NCBI GenBank assembly: GCA_017440405.1
Contig: JAFSHG010000087.1
Span: forward strand, 1-54,306
Direction: 5' to 3'
Origin: Clostridia bacterium
GTDB taxonomy: Bacteria > Bacillota > Clostridia > Christensenellales > CAG-138
Length of the DNA: 54,306 nucleotides
Shown one piece after another: positions 35,610 to 45,037 of the stretch. The notes beneath the pieces were generated by a model, which did no database searches, was not told the DNA's origin, and saw only the letters and a program-made list of their open reading frames with translations. A program made the translations under genes and the position numbers. Each line of letters starts with the position of its first letter. The first letter of the stretch is position 1.

Positions 35610-36644
35610 ATGAATGTTAAGGTAAAAAAAGTTTGGGTGATAGCGGCACTTGTGCTTGCATTTTTTCTGATTTTTTTCGGCAACATATGTACAGATGCCG
35701 CACTGTACGGTTTTGACTTATGGCTGTGTTATGTAATGCCGTCGGTCTTTCCTTTTTTCGTGTGCATATCGCTGCTGCGTGAAAGCGGAATAATGGGTGC
35801 TGCGGGAAAGGGGTTCAGGCTTCCGCTTTTCTTTGCAACAGCACTTTCGGGCGCACCGTCAGGCAGCGGATTATGTGTTCAGCTTGAAAAAGATTCCGTG
35901 ATACACACGGATGATTTACCCGTGTACTGTGCGGCATGTAATATGCTCAGCCCCGCATTTTTGATAGGCACACTCTCTGTGATGACGGGCGGATACGCTT
36001 TCGTGATACCCGTGATAACGGGGCATTATCTGGCAGCACTTGCCGTAATTTTACTCGCACGGGGCAAAAAAGACAATATTTCGCATATAGGCTATGAAAA
36101 GACGCAAAAGAGTTTTTTTACCGTGCTCTGCAATGCCATTTCAGACGGTGTGAAATCGAGTATAACGGTGTGCGGTGTAATTATTTTCTTTACCGTACTC
36201 ATTGCTGTAATAACTTCATGCGCCATTACATTGGGAATGAATGTACAGAATCCCGTATTTGTCTTTTTGCTCTCGCTGATAGAGGTGACTTCGGGAAGCG
36301 AAATGCTGCTTTCCATTGGGTTGGATTACTCGCTCACCTGTGCGCTTTTGAGCTTCTCGCTGAGTTTTGGCGGACTTTGCATAATGGCACAAACATTTTC
36401 CATAGTATCGTTGGGCGTAAAAAAATACCTGCTCACGAAGCTTATCATGGCTACCGTGTCAGGTGTTGCGGCATATATTGTGTCAAAACTGATTCCTCAG
36501 AGTCAGAGTGTCTTTTCCAATGCGGCAGAAACTTTTGCAAAGGCTGCAGAAGGCAGTCTTGCACTCTGTGTTATAGCACTCTCGTCCGTAATAGGCTGCG
36601 GCTGTGTGTGGCTTTTTGCCGTCAGTCGAGCTCGTCCAAAATGA
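35610..36644 (+). CDS. ylbJ: sporulation integral membrane protein YlbJ-like (nucleoside-recognition/Gate domain)
   Basis: 344 aa from the ATG at 35610 (MNVKVKK..), polytopic. The pattern GFDLWLCYVMPSVFPFFVCISLL is typical of YlbJ. Confidence 0.7.
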   Translation: MNVKVKKVWVIAALVLAFFLIFFGNICTDAALYGFDLWLCYVMPSVFPFFVCISLLRESGIMGAAGKGFRLPLFFATALSGAPSGSGLCVQLEKDSVIHTDDLPVYCAACNMLSPAFLIGTLSVMTGGYAFVIPVITGHYLAALAVILLARGKKDNISHIGYEKTQKSFFTVLCNAISDGVKSSITVCGVIIFFTVLIAVITSCAITLGMNVQNPVFVFLLSLIEVTSGSEMLLSIGLDYSLTCALLSFSLSFGGLCIMAQTFSIVSLGVKKYLLTKLIMATVSGVAAYIVSKLIPQSQSVFSNAAETFAKAAEGSLALCVIALSSVIGCGCVWLFAVSRARPK

Positions 36645-37329
36645 TTTCGCGTAGCTTTTCGGGGAAGTCCTGGGGTATCATGTGTCCTGCACCGTCTATT
36701 ATGATTTCACGTGCATGAATTATGGAGTTTGCAATCTGTTCGCTGTGGGCAGGCTTTACCATATCGTTTGAACCTGAAACCACGGCGACAGATGCATATA
36801 TGCGTGCTAATTCATCGGTGCTGATATGCGGTTCACGGAGCATAAGTTCACAAAGTGCGCTTTTTTTCTTCTCACCACGGGAATCGGCAATCTTTTTTTC
36901 ACGTGCTATCTGCCTTATGGCAGCGGGTTTCAGTCCGTCGGGGGTTATATTTGCACCCACAGATACCACACGCATCACATGCGATTTGGTATCGGGATTA
37001 CACGCCAGCATGAGCGCACATATTGCGCCGTCTGAAAATCCCACTATGTCGAACTGATTTATGCAAAGGTGCGTGACCAGTGCGAAAACATCGTCGGCGA
37101 ATTGCTCATAGGAAAAATTGAATTCGCCCGATAAAAGGTCGGATCTGCCGTGACCTCGTGTATCCATGGCAAGAAACGGGAAACGGGAATACAGAGGCTC
37201 CGTTGCTTTGTCAAACACCGACATATCCTCACCGTTTCCATGCAAAAGTACCACGGGACAGTGCATGGAATCCCAATTTCCCCTTTTTTCATAGTACAGC
37301 TTTGCGCCGACATGTTCTAAATATGGCAT
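36622..37329 (-). CDS. alpha/beta hydrolase
   Basis: 235 aa with the oxyanion motif VVLLHGNG, the nucleophile elbow GFSDG, and a C-terminal GAGH. Confidence 0.8.
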   Translation of the reverse strand: MPYLEHVGAKLYYEKRGNWDSMHCPVVLLHGNGEDMSVFDKATEPLYSRFPFLAMDTRGHGRSDLLSGEFNFSYEQFADDVFALVTHLCINQFDIVGFSDGAICALMLACNPDTKSHVMRVVSVGANITPDGLKPAAIRQIAREKKIADSRGEKKKSALCELMLREPHISTDELARIYASVAVVSGSNDMVKPAHSEQIANSIIHAREIIIDGAGHMIPQDFPEKLREIILDELD

Positions 37330-37346
37330 AGTTCTCCTCTCATGCC

Positions 37347-38825
37347 TTAGCTGAGCTTGTCAAAACCACTCAAAAAGGCATTTATCCAATTTCGTATTAT
37401 TTCTACTCCGCCCATTGAATTGCTCTCTATATTCAGCGGCAACACAGGGTCGTGCAGTGACAGTCGCAAAAGAAACCAACCGTCGCCGTGATTTTTATCC
37501 GCATTCACACGCACGCCTTCAAAGTTGTCGGGTGCAAGTGTGAGACCATCCTCTTTTTCCACACGTTCTTTCAAGGCTGCAAGAACGCTTTCGCCGTATG
37601 CTGCAAAATCTTCCGTATTTATCTTCAAACGGATTTCCTCAGCCTCTGCCGGTTCTTTCAGGTCTGCTATGAGGTCGGAAATTCTCTTGTTTTGCGCATG
37701 TGCTTTCGCAAGCTGTGCGGTTATGAGAGCTGCCATGTATGCGCCGTCATCCAAGAAGAAGTTTTCACGCATAGCACCGTGACCCGATGTTTCTATGGCA
37801 AGACATGCGTCGTGTCCTTCATTGCACATGCGGATAGCTTCATTTATTACATTGCGATATCCTCTCTTAAAGCGTCTGTGTATGCCGCCATGGTTTGTAA
37901 TAAATTCAGCAAGTCCTGTGGAAGTCACGGAATCCGTAACTATGACGGGCTTCTCATGCTCCTGCATCACTATGGCAGTCATGAGTGCTATGAGCTTGTT
38001 TCTGTTTATCTCACTTCCGTCAGACAGTACCACTGCTGCCCTGTCCACATCGGTATCGAAAATGATGCCAAGGTCTGCTTTTTCACGTACCACCGCTTCG
38101 GAAAAGATTTTCATAGCTGTCTTATCCTCGGGGTTTGGTGCATGATTCGGGAAAGTGCCGTCAGGTGTTGTGAAAATACTGCCGTGCGTGGATGCACCTA
38201 AGGGTTGCAGAACCTGCGTTTCAAAAAATCCTCCTGCACCGTTTCCTGCATCAATTATTACATGAAGCCCTGCAAGCGGCGTATCGCCAATGCCTGCTTT
38301 TTTTATAATGACCCGGCGCAAAAACTCGGAATATGCCGCCATTATGTCACGCTCACGGAAAGAACATTTTTCATCACGAACGCTTATATCGGCTGCATTC
38401 GTGAGTATGGCTTTTATGTCTGATTTCTCAAAACCGCCTTCGCGAGTAAAGAATTTGAACCCGTTTCTGTCATAGGGCAGATGGCTTGCTGTTATCATAA
38501 CGCCTGCATCGTACTCGTATCCTTCCAGTATGGTGCTCATGAACATTGCAGGGGTGGATGAGAGCCCTGTATAAGTTATCTGTGCGCCACGGGATGTTGC
38601 GCCCGTACAGAAATTATCAAACATTTCTTTTGCGCTGATTCTGGAATCATGCCCTACGGCGACGGTAATTTCGGCTTTGTTTCTTTTCGCCTTAACATGC
38701 TCTGCAAAGGCTGCACCTATTTTTCTTACCACATCGGGTGTGAGAGTTGCTTTGACATCATCATGGGGTATGGCAACACCTCGTATATCCGAACCGTTCT
38801 GCAAATGCAAAAGTGTGTCGTTCAT
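37347..38825 (-). CDS. phosphohexomutase (phosphoglucomutase/phosphomannomutase family)
   Basis: 492 aa with the active-site loop TASHLPYDRNG, the Mg loop FDTDVDR, and the sugar loop GHGA. Confidence 0.85.
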   Translation of the reverse strand: MNDTLLHLQNGSDIRGVAIPHDDVKATLTPDVVRKIGAAFAEHVKAKRNKAEITVAVGHDSRISAKEMFDNFCTGATSRGAQITYTGLSSTPAMFMSTILEGYEYDAGVMITASHLPYDRNGFKFFTREGGFEKSDIKAILTNAADISVRDEKCSFRERDIMAAYSEFLRRVIIKKAGIGDTPLAGLHVIIDAGNGAGGFFETQVLQPLGASTHGSIFTTPDGTFPNHAPNPEDKTAMKIFSEAVVREKADLGIIFDTDVDRAAVVLSDGSEINRNKLIALMTAIVMQEHEKPVIVTDSVTSTGLAEFITNHGGIHRRFKRGYRNVINEAIRMCNEGHDACLAIETSGHGAMRENFFLDDGAYMAALITAQLAKAHAQNKRISDLIADLKEPAEAEEIRLKINTEDFAAYGESVLAALKERVEKEDGLTLAPDNFEGVRVNADKNHGDGWFLLRLSLHDPVLPLNIESNSMGGVEIIRNWINAFLSGFDKLS

Positions 38826-38826
38826 A

Positions 38827-40623
38827 TTACTCCTCCGTGCATTTTGTGCTTATATGTAATTCATCAAGCTGTGAGTTGTCCACAAAATCGGGTGCGCCCG
38901 ACATGAGGTCGGATGCTGTTTGCACTTTCGGGAATGCTATGACATCACGGATATTGGACGTACCCGTTATGAGCATAACTATTCTGTCCAGACCGTATGC
39001 CATTCCGCCGTGAGGTGGTGTGCCGTATTTTAATGCTTCCATGAGGAAACCGAATCTGTTCCACGCCTGTTCGCTTGTAAATCCCAATGCACGGAACATC
39101 CGCTCTTGAAGTTCCTGGGAGTGTATTCTTATGGAGCCGCCGCCTATTTCATAGCCGTTCATTACTATGTCATACGCCTTTGCACGGACTCTGCCGGGGT
39201 CGCTCTCTAAATACTCTATGTCCTCGTCCTTGGGACTTGTGAAGGGGTGATGCTTTGCCACAAATCTGCTGTCATCCTCGGACCACTCAAGCAGCGGGAA
39301 ATCCGTTACCCAGAGTAGCTCATATTTGTTCGGGTCTATGAGGTTAAGCCGCTTTGCAAGCTCGCAGCGCAGCGCGCCCAATGATGCATACACCACATCT
39401 TCGCTTGTATCTGCAACAAAGAATATGATATCGCCCGTTTCGGCTTCTGCTCTTTCCTGTATTTTTTGTATCTGTTCTTCCGTGAGGAATTTTGCAAATG
39501 AGCATTGGAGTGCATCGGGTTTCAGGCTCATCCATGCAAGTCCCTTTGCCCTGTAAATCTTGACAAACTCTGTCAGCTCGTCAATGTTCTTCCTTGTGAA
39601 TGCAGCCACGCCGCCTTTTGCACATATTGCACGCACGGAGCCGCCGCCTGCTATGGCAGACGTGAATACGGAGAAGCCGCAATTTTCCACTATATCGCTC
39701 ATGTTGCGAAGTTCCATGCCAAAGCGAAGGTCGGGCTTATCTGAACCGAATCTGTCCATCGCTTCGCTGTACGGAAGTCGGCGCAGCGGAAGCTCTATAT
39801 CTATACCGAGAGTATCCTTCATGAGTTTCTGCATGAATCTTTCGTTTACTCCCATTACATCGTCCTCTTCCACGAACGACATTTCAAGGTCTATCTGTGT
39901 GAATTCGGGTTGACGGTCTGCACGCAAATCCTCGTCACGGAAGCAGCGTGTAATCTGCATGTAGCGGTCAAAACCGGACAGCATGAGGAGCTGTTTGAAA
40001 AGCTGAGGACTCTGAGGCAGTGCATAGAACTTGCCGGGGTGTACGCGGCTCGGCACGAGATAATCCCTTGCACCCTCTGGTGTACTCTTTTGCAGCATGG
40101 GCGTTTCTACTTCCAAAAAACCTTCTCCTGCAAAGTAATCCCTCGTTATCTTTGCTATATTATGACGTGTTATGAGTATATCCTGCATACAGGGACGGCG
40201 TAAATCCAAATAGCGATATTTCAGGCGCAACTGTTCTTGTGCGTCCAAATCGTCTTTTATGTAAATGGGCGGTGTTTGCGCTGTGCTCAAAATCTTGAAC
40301 TCACTTACTATGACTTCATATTCGCCCGTTTTCATGTTCTTATTTACCATGTCGGGGGTACGTTTTTGCAGTGTGCCGCGAACTGCAAGCACATACTCGC
40401 TTCTTATGGATTCTGCCTGCTTGAACTGTTCGCCGCTGAGTTTATTTTCGTCAAACATAAGCTGCATGGTGCCTGTGCGGTCACGCAGTCCTATGAATAT
40501 GAGTGCTCCCAAATTTCTCCATGTGCCTGCCCAGCCCATGAGTGTTATTTCCTTGCCCACCTCGGTTTGTGCGGGTTCTGCACAGTAATGAGTGCGCTTC
40601 CAACCTGAAAGTAATTCTGCCAT
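38827..40623 (-). CDS. aspS: aspartate--tRNA ligase
   Basis: 598 aa with class II motifs: FRDEDLRADRQPEFTQID, and GGSIRIH..GTPPHGGMAYGLDR. Confidence 0.95.
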   Translation of the reverse strand: MAELLSGWKRTHYCAEPAQTEVGKEITLMGWAGTWRNLGALIFIGLRDRTGTMQLMFDENKLSGEQFKQAESIRSEYVLAVRGTLQKRTPDMVNKNMKTGEYEVIVSEFKILSTAQTPPIYIKDDLDAQEQLRLKYRYLDLRRPCMQDILITRHNIAKITRDYFAGEGFLEVETPMLQKSTPEGARDYLVPSRVHPGKFYALPQSPQLFKQLLMLSGFDRYMQITRCFRDEDLRADRQPEFTQIDLEMSFVEEDDVMGVNERFMQKLMKDTLGIDIELPLRRLPYSEAMDRFGSDKPDLRFGMELRNMSDIVENCGFSVFTSAIAGGGSVRAICAKGGVAAFTRKNIDELTEFVKIYRAKGLAWMSLKPDALQCSFAKFLTEEQIQKIQERAEAETGDIIFFVADTSEDVVYASLGALRCELAKRLNLIDPNKYELLWVTDFPLLEWSEDDSRFVAKHHPFTSPKDEDIEYLESDPGRVRAKAYDIVMNGYEIGGGSIRIHSQELQERMFRALGFTSEQAWNRFGFLMEALKYGTPPHGGMAYGLDRIVMLITGTSNIRDVIAFPKVQTASDLMSGAPDFVDNSQLDELHISTKCTEE

Positions 40624-40636
40624 GTATGTTCTCCTT

Positions 40637-41902
40637 TTAGCCTATTATATTCTTTACTGCATTCAACACATCATCTGCACGGAATGAAGTTTCACTTCCC
40701 AGCATCATGTCTTTGAGCTTGTATTCGCCCGATTCCAATTCACTTTCGCCTATGACTATTACAGCCTTTGCACTTATCTTATCCGCATACTTGAATTGAG
40801 CCTTAAAGCTTCTGCCCACATGGTCAAACTCTGCATATATACCGTTGTTGCGCAGGGTGTATGCGAGTTTCATAGCCTCAGTCTGTGCTGCATCGCCCAT
40901 GGAAGCAATGTACACATCGGGCATTTTCTGTTCGGGAAGATGTATCCCCATATTTTCAAGCATGATGATGAGCCTTTCTATACCCATTCCGAATCCCACG
41001 GCGGGCATGGAACTTCCGCCCACTTCTTCCACCAGATTATCGTAACGGCCTCCGCCGCAAACTGCACTCTGTGCGCCCAAACTCTCCGATACCACTTCAA
41101 AAACTGTTTTGGTGTAATAATCCAGCCCTCGTACTATCATGGGATTTACGGTGTAAGGTATACTGAGTACGTCCAAACAGCTTTTTAAATTTTCAAAGTG
41201 CGATTTACAGTCATCGCACAGACAGTCTATGGTCTTGGGGGCGTTTTTGCAGATTTCCTTGCATTTTGCTTCTTTGCAGTCCAGTATGCGCAAGGGGTTC
41301 TGCTCATAACGTGTGCGGCATGTTTCGCAAAGGTTGTCCAGATTGTCGTGCAGATATTCACGGAGTGCGGCACTGTATGCGGGGCGACATTCGGGGCAGC
41401 CTATGCTGTTTATATTTGCACGAAGCCCTTTTACGCCCAATTCCTGCATCAGTTCAAACACAAGTGCTATACATTCTGCATCTGCCGCTGCATTCTTTGC
41501 GCCGAACATTTCCACGCCGAACTGGTGATGTTCACGAAGTCTGCCTGCCTGCGGTCTTTCATAGCGAAAGAGGGGTACATTCAGGTAGTACATTTTTACG
41601 GGCAGAGCGCCGTCTGCCATGCGGTGTTCCACAAAGGCCCTCGCAACACCTGCCGTACCCTCGGGACGCAGTGTTACGCTTCTGTCGCCTTTATCCGTAA
41701 ATGTGTACATTTCCTTTTGTACTATATCTGTGGTGTTGCCAACACCGCGCAAGAAAAGTTCCGTGTGTTCCAAAACGGGTGTGCGTATCTCGCAAAAACC
41801 GTGTTTTGCACATAATGCACGCATTATCCTTTCTACATACTGCCATTTTGCACTTTCATTCGGAAGTACATCTTTCATTCCCTTCAAAGCTTGAAGAGCC
41901 AT
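40637..41902 (-). CDS. hisS: histidine--tRNA ligase
   Basis: 421 aa with motifs LRPEGTAGVAR, FRYERPQAGRLREHHQFGVE and GGGRYD. Confidence 0.95.
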   Translation of the reverse strand: MALQALKGMKDVLPNESAKWQYVERIMRALCAKHGFCEIRTPVLEHTELFLRGVGNTTDIVQKEMYTFTDKGDRSVTLRPEGTAGVARAFVEHRMADGALPVKMYYLNVPLFRYERPQAGRLREHHQFGVEMFGAKNAAADAECIALVFELMQELGVKGLRANINSIGCPECRPAYSAALREYLHDNLDNLCETCRTRYEQNPLRILDCKEAKCKEICKNAPKTIDCLCDDCKSHFENLKSCLDVLSIPYTVNPMIVRGLDYYTKTVFEVVSESLGAQSAVCGGGRYDNLVEEVGGSSMPAVGFGMGIERLIIMLENMGIHLPEQKMPDVYIASMGDAAQTEAMKLAYTLRNNGIYAEFDHVGRSFKAQFKYADKISAKAVIVIGESELESGEYKLKDMMLGSETSFRADDVLNAVKNIIG

Positions 41903-41936
41903 ATTAAATCAACTCCTTTATTGTATTTAAGCAAAT

Positions 41937-42215
41937 AAAAAAGCAGCAAACCCAAAAGACAGAAACTGCCTGTACGGGACGACAAATAAAAACTTGCCGT
42001 GGTGCCACCCAAATTAGACACAGAATAAGTGTCTCACTCATATCCGTAACGGGGATTTACCGTCCGAGCCTACTCTTTTTATATTTCAGCACGGCTGCTC
42101 TGCGGTGTCATTCGCAAAAAATCCTTTGCAAGACAGGCTTTCAGCCACGACCTGTCATCTCTTTTGCAGGAATTTTCACTACTTTTCCGCTTCATCGCAT
42201 TTTACAAAATATCAC
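41937..42215 (-). promoter_or_regulatory. T-box riboswitch leader of hisS-aspS
   Basis: The conserved T-box sequence AATTTGGGTGGCACCACGG is on the minus strand (forward 41993..42015). An AGAGA K-turn-like element lies near the 5' end. The candidate specifier context is GAAUGACACC (forward 42105..42109). A T-run (forward A-run at 41937..41942) precedes the hisS RBS. Confidence 0.8.
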
Positions 42216-42221
42216 GGATAC

Positions 42222-42250
42222 ATTATACCCCGAAAGGCTTTTTTTGTCAA
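42222..42250 (-). promoter_or_regulatory. sigma-A promoter of the T-box/hisS-aspS operon (TTGACA-17-TATAAT on the minus strand)
   Basis: -35 (forward tgtcaa) at 42245..42250 and -10 (forward attata) at 42222..42227, both consensus hexamers. Confidence 0.7.
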
Positions 42251-42272
42251 ACAAAAAACAAACGGAATCAAG

Positions 42273-42298
42273 AAAAAAGCGGCAGAAGTTTCCGCCGC
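42273..42298 (-). terminator. terminator after the exonuclease gene
   Basis: Minus-strand hairpin GCGGCGG-AAACTT-CTGCCGC followed by TTTTTT (forward A-run at 42273..42278). Confidence 0.65.
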
Positions 42299-42309
42299 CT
42301 GTTCATTTG

Positions 42310-42849
42310 TTATATTCTGTAAGTTTTTATGAAATCGCTGATATTGCAGCCGTTTTTCAGGCAGTAGATGAGAATTTGCGCAGCAGCATATGCATCGCTT
42401 TCGGCATTATGGTGCGAAAGTCTCACACCCAGATAATCGCTCACGGTGTTCAGCTTGTGATTTACAAGTTGCGGCAGAGACTTTTTGCTCATGCGCACGG
42501 TACAGGCATATTTTATATATTCTTTACAGTCAACACCGTAATGGCGAATGCATTTTGCCAAAACACCCATATCAAACGGAGCATTGTGTGCAATAACTAT
42601 TCCGCTCTGCATGATGCTGCCCAAACCGCTATTCCAAAGTTCGCCGAAGTTTTTTTCATCTGCGGTGCTTTCGGGCGTTATTCCCGTGAGGAATATGTTG
42701 AAATCGTCGTAGTGTGTTTCGGGGTTCACAAGGCTGTAAAAACTGTCCGTGACCTGCAAGTTCTCTACCACGCACACGCCTATGGAACTCATGCGGCTAT
42801 TCTCCGAATTGGGAGTTTCCACATCAAAGACTACATAGCGGTTTTTCAT
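42310..42849 (-). CDS. DnaQ-like 3'-5' exonuclease
   Basis: 179 aa with Exo I VVFDVETPN, Exo II AHNAPFD, and Exo III HHNAESDA. It overlaps the upstream gene's stop by 4 nt. Confidence 0.85.
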   Translation of the reverse strand: MKNRYVVFDVETPNSENSRMSSIGVCVVENLQVTDSFYSLVNPETHYDDFNIFLTGITPESTADEKNFGELWNSGLGSIMQSGIVIAHNAPFDMGVLAKCIRHYGVDCKEYIKYACTVRMSKKSLPQLVNHKLNTVSDYLGVRLSHHNAESDAYAAAQILIYCLKNGCNISDFIKTYRI

Positions 42850-44837
42850 TCGGCGTCTGCCTCTGATTTTTCATCAACACTACTTATAAAATCGGGCGTT
42901 TCGGCATCGGGCGTTTCCGTATTTTCAATATTCAAAGCCGAATTATCATTCTTTTCGGGAACAGCATACTCCCTCACGGTACCTTCAAATGTGGATACCA
43001 AAAGTGCGAGTATGAGGTAGAAGTAACATGCGGTGTAATATGCACATATTCCCGAAAGTGCAGATATCGCATATGCGGCAAACATGATAAAGAGTATGCG
43101 CTGTATGGGAGTCAGCGTTTTCTTTTTCATCCCTGCAAAGAAGTAGCATACTACCGTTACAAGTGCGGTAAGATGAATAATCATAGCGGGAATGCCGCAG
43201 TCTATTCCTATTTGCAGGTATTCGTTATGCACTCTGGATGAGGGTTCACGAAGGCCTGATACGGATGTTGCAAAAAGTTTAGCTGCACCGTTTACACCGT
43301 AGCCCAAAAGCGGCTTCCTGCTCATCAACTCTATGCCGTACTGCCAAAGCCCCAAACGATTTGTACCCAGCTCCTGATTTTTCAGCCACCATCTGTCATC
43401 GGAGGCTTCCTCCACCTCGGTTATAGCCTCTTTGGTGGGATAGGGCACAGGGGTTAAACCTTCGGGTATGGATTCCGTAATATCGCTCTCTCGGATATTG
43501 CTGCTCTTATTATCGTCGCTTTCAGAGTCAGACGTGCTGCGTTTTTCAAAATCCGCTGTTACGGTGGGCATGGGCGGTATCACCTCACCGCTTTCCTTGT
43601 CCGCACTTGCAGAACTGTCGTCGGATTTGAGTGCCGCATCCTCTTGCGGTTCCGGTTTTTCGGTGGGGTTTGACTCTTGCGCATCGTTGCCCTTGTCTGA
43701 CATCTTGTCCACAATGCGGAACAATTCTTTTGCGGAATTTCTGAGAGTGTTAGACCCCATGGGCAGGTGCGGGAATGCCGATACAAAGACCATGACTGCT
43801 ATCATAATGAGCATGGGCACAAAGCGCAAATACATCTTTACTTCACTCTTTATAAATGCAACGGGTATGAGAATTACCGTGGCAGTTATGGCAAGCACAC
43901 TGCCTAATGTATCATTCAGAATGGTGACGTTTATGAGTATTGCAAAAACAATGCCCCAGAGTATTCTCTTCCATGCCTTGTTTGCTGTAATCATAAGTCC
44001 TGCAGTGCAAAGTGTACCCAAGCACAGGTAATAAGCACCATGATTTGAATTGGAGAAAACTCCTCTCACATGACGCAAGTCCACAACTTTTGGAACGATA
44101 GCAGAAAAATCAGTAACCCATATCTTGTCAAAGTCCACATGCATATAGAACATGATGTACTGCCTGAACATTACAAAAGCTGTGAGAAGTGTGGAAACAG
44201 CAAATATTCCAAGGAGTATTCGCTGATGTGTTTTGTCCTTTATCATTGAGATGAGGACAGCACCCAGTGCCACTTTGTACCAGACAAAAACGCCGTCCGT
44301 CTGGTTTGTGAAGGCAGCATTTTGGTTTTCGGAAAGGAGCGATGAAACGGTCATAATCACAAGAAGTACGGCAAAAAGAATCCGCACAAAATTCTTTTTT
44401 ATGAAGTCCAACACGCCTTTATAACCGCTCAGGTCTATCAGAGGTTGCGAGAAATATGTGACTGAAATGAGTTTGCCTAAGATAAGCCAGCCCAACACTA
44501 TGTACATTATCGTTACAACGCTGCTCATAAATTCATGAGTGTTGGTGGATATGTAATTTAAAAAATTATTGGTGGGAAGAATAAAAGATACGATGGATAT
44601 TATGCCGGGAAGCGCAAAAAAAGTAGCAGCCAAGAGAAAACCCACAATTCCGTATATGTATTTGTGAGTTCCGCCGGGGCGCACAAACGGGAAAAGTTTG
44701 CCCACATATTCACGAGCCACGGCAGCGGTTGAGTAGTCCTCGGGATTTATGGTTTCCGGTGAATCGGAAGACACATTCGGTTCATTGGAATCCGTTACTT
44801 CTTCGGGAATATTTTTTGTATCGTTTAAGTTATCCAT
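42846..44837 (-). CDS. O-antigen ligase (Wzy_C) family polytopic membrane protein with a large acidic low-complexity insert
   Basis: 663 aa with more than 10 TM helices and the Wzy_C-like motif VHNEYLQIGIDCGI. Residues ~375-480 are rich in D/E/S/P. Confidence 0.7.
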   Translation of the reverse strand: MDNLNDTKNIPEEVTDSNEPNVSSDSPETINPEDYSTAAVAREYVGKLFPFVRPGGTHKYIYGIVGFLLAATFFALPGIISIVSFILPTNNFLNYISTNTHEFMSSVVTIMYIVLGWLILGKLISVTYFSQPLIDLSGYKGVLDFIKKNFVRILFAVLLVIMTVSSLLSENQNAAFTNQTDGVFVWYKVALGAVLISMIKDKTHQRILLGIFAVSTLLTAFVMFRQYIMFYMHVDFDKIWVTDFSAIVPKVVDLRHVRGVFSNSNHGAYYLCLGTLCTAGLMITANKAWKRILWGIVFAILINVTILNDTLGSVLAITATVILIPVAFIKSEVKMYLRFVPMLIMIAVMVFVSAFPHLPMGSNTLRNSAKELFRIVDKMSDKGNDAQESNPTEKPEPQEDAALKSDDSSASADKESGEVIPPMPTVTADFEKRSTSDSESDDNKSSNIRESDITESIPEGLTPVPYPTKEAITEVEEASDDRWWLKNQELGTNRLGLWQYGIELMSRKPLLGYGVNGAAKLFATSVSGLREPSSRVHNEYLQIGIDCGIPAMIIHLTALVTVVCYFFAGMKKKTLTPIQRILFIMFAAYAISALSGICAYYTACYFYLILALLVSTFEGTVREYAVPEKNDNSALNIENTETPDAETPDFISSVDEKSEADAE

Positions 44838-45037
44838 TTAAGGAAGCCTCCTGATGTTTCGTTCACGCCATATGTTATCACAGATTGGCTCCATTTGCAA
44901 GTACATGAAAAACGACAAGGAAATGTTGAATTTAGAGTTAAGGTTAGTTGAATGCGGACTTGAAAAAAAACGTGTTATGCTATAATATTGTAGCATCGGT
45001 GTTGTATCCGAATATTTGAAAGGGGAAACAGTATTAA

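Noticed and set aside
42244-43020. The track gives a 258-aa + strand ORF.
   Set aside because: It is antisense to the well-supported exonuclease gene and the 3' end of the O-antigen-ligase-like gene, and it has no motifs.
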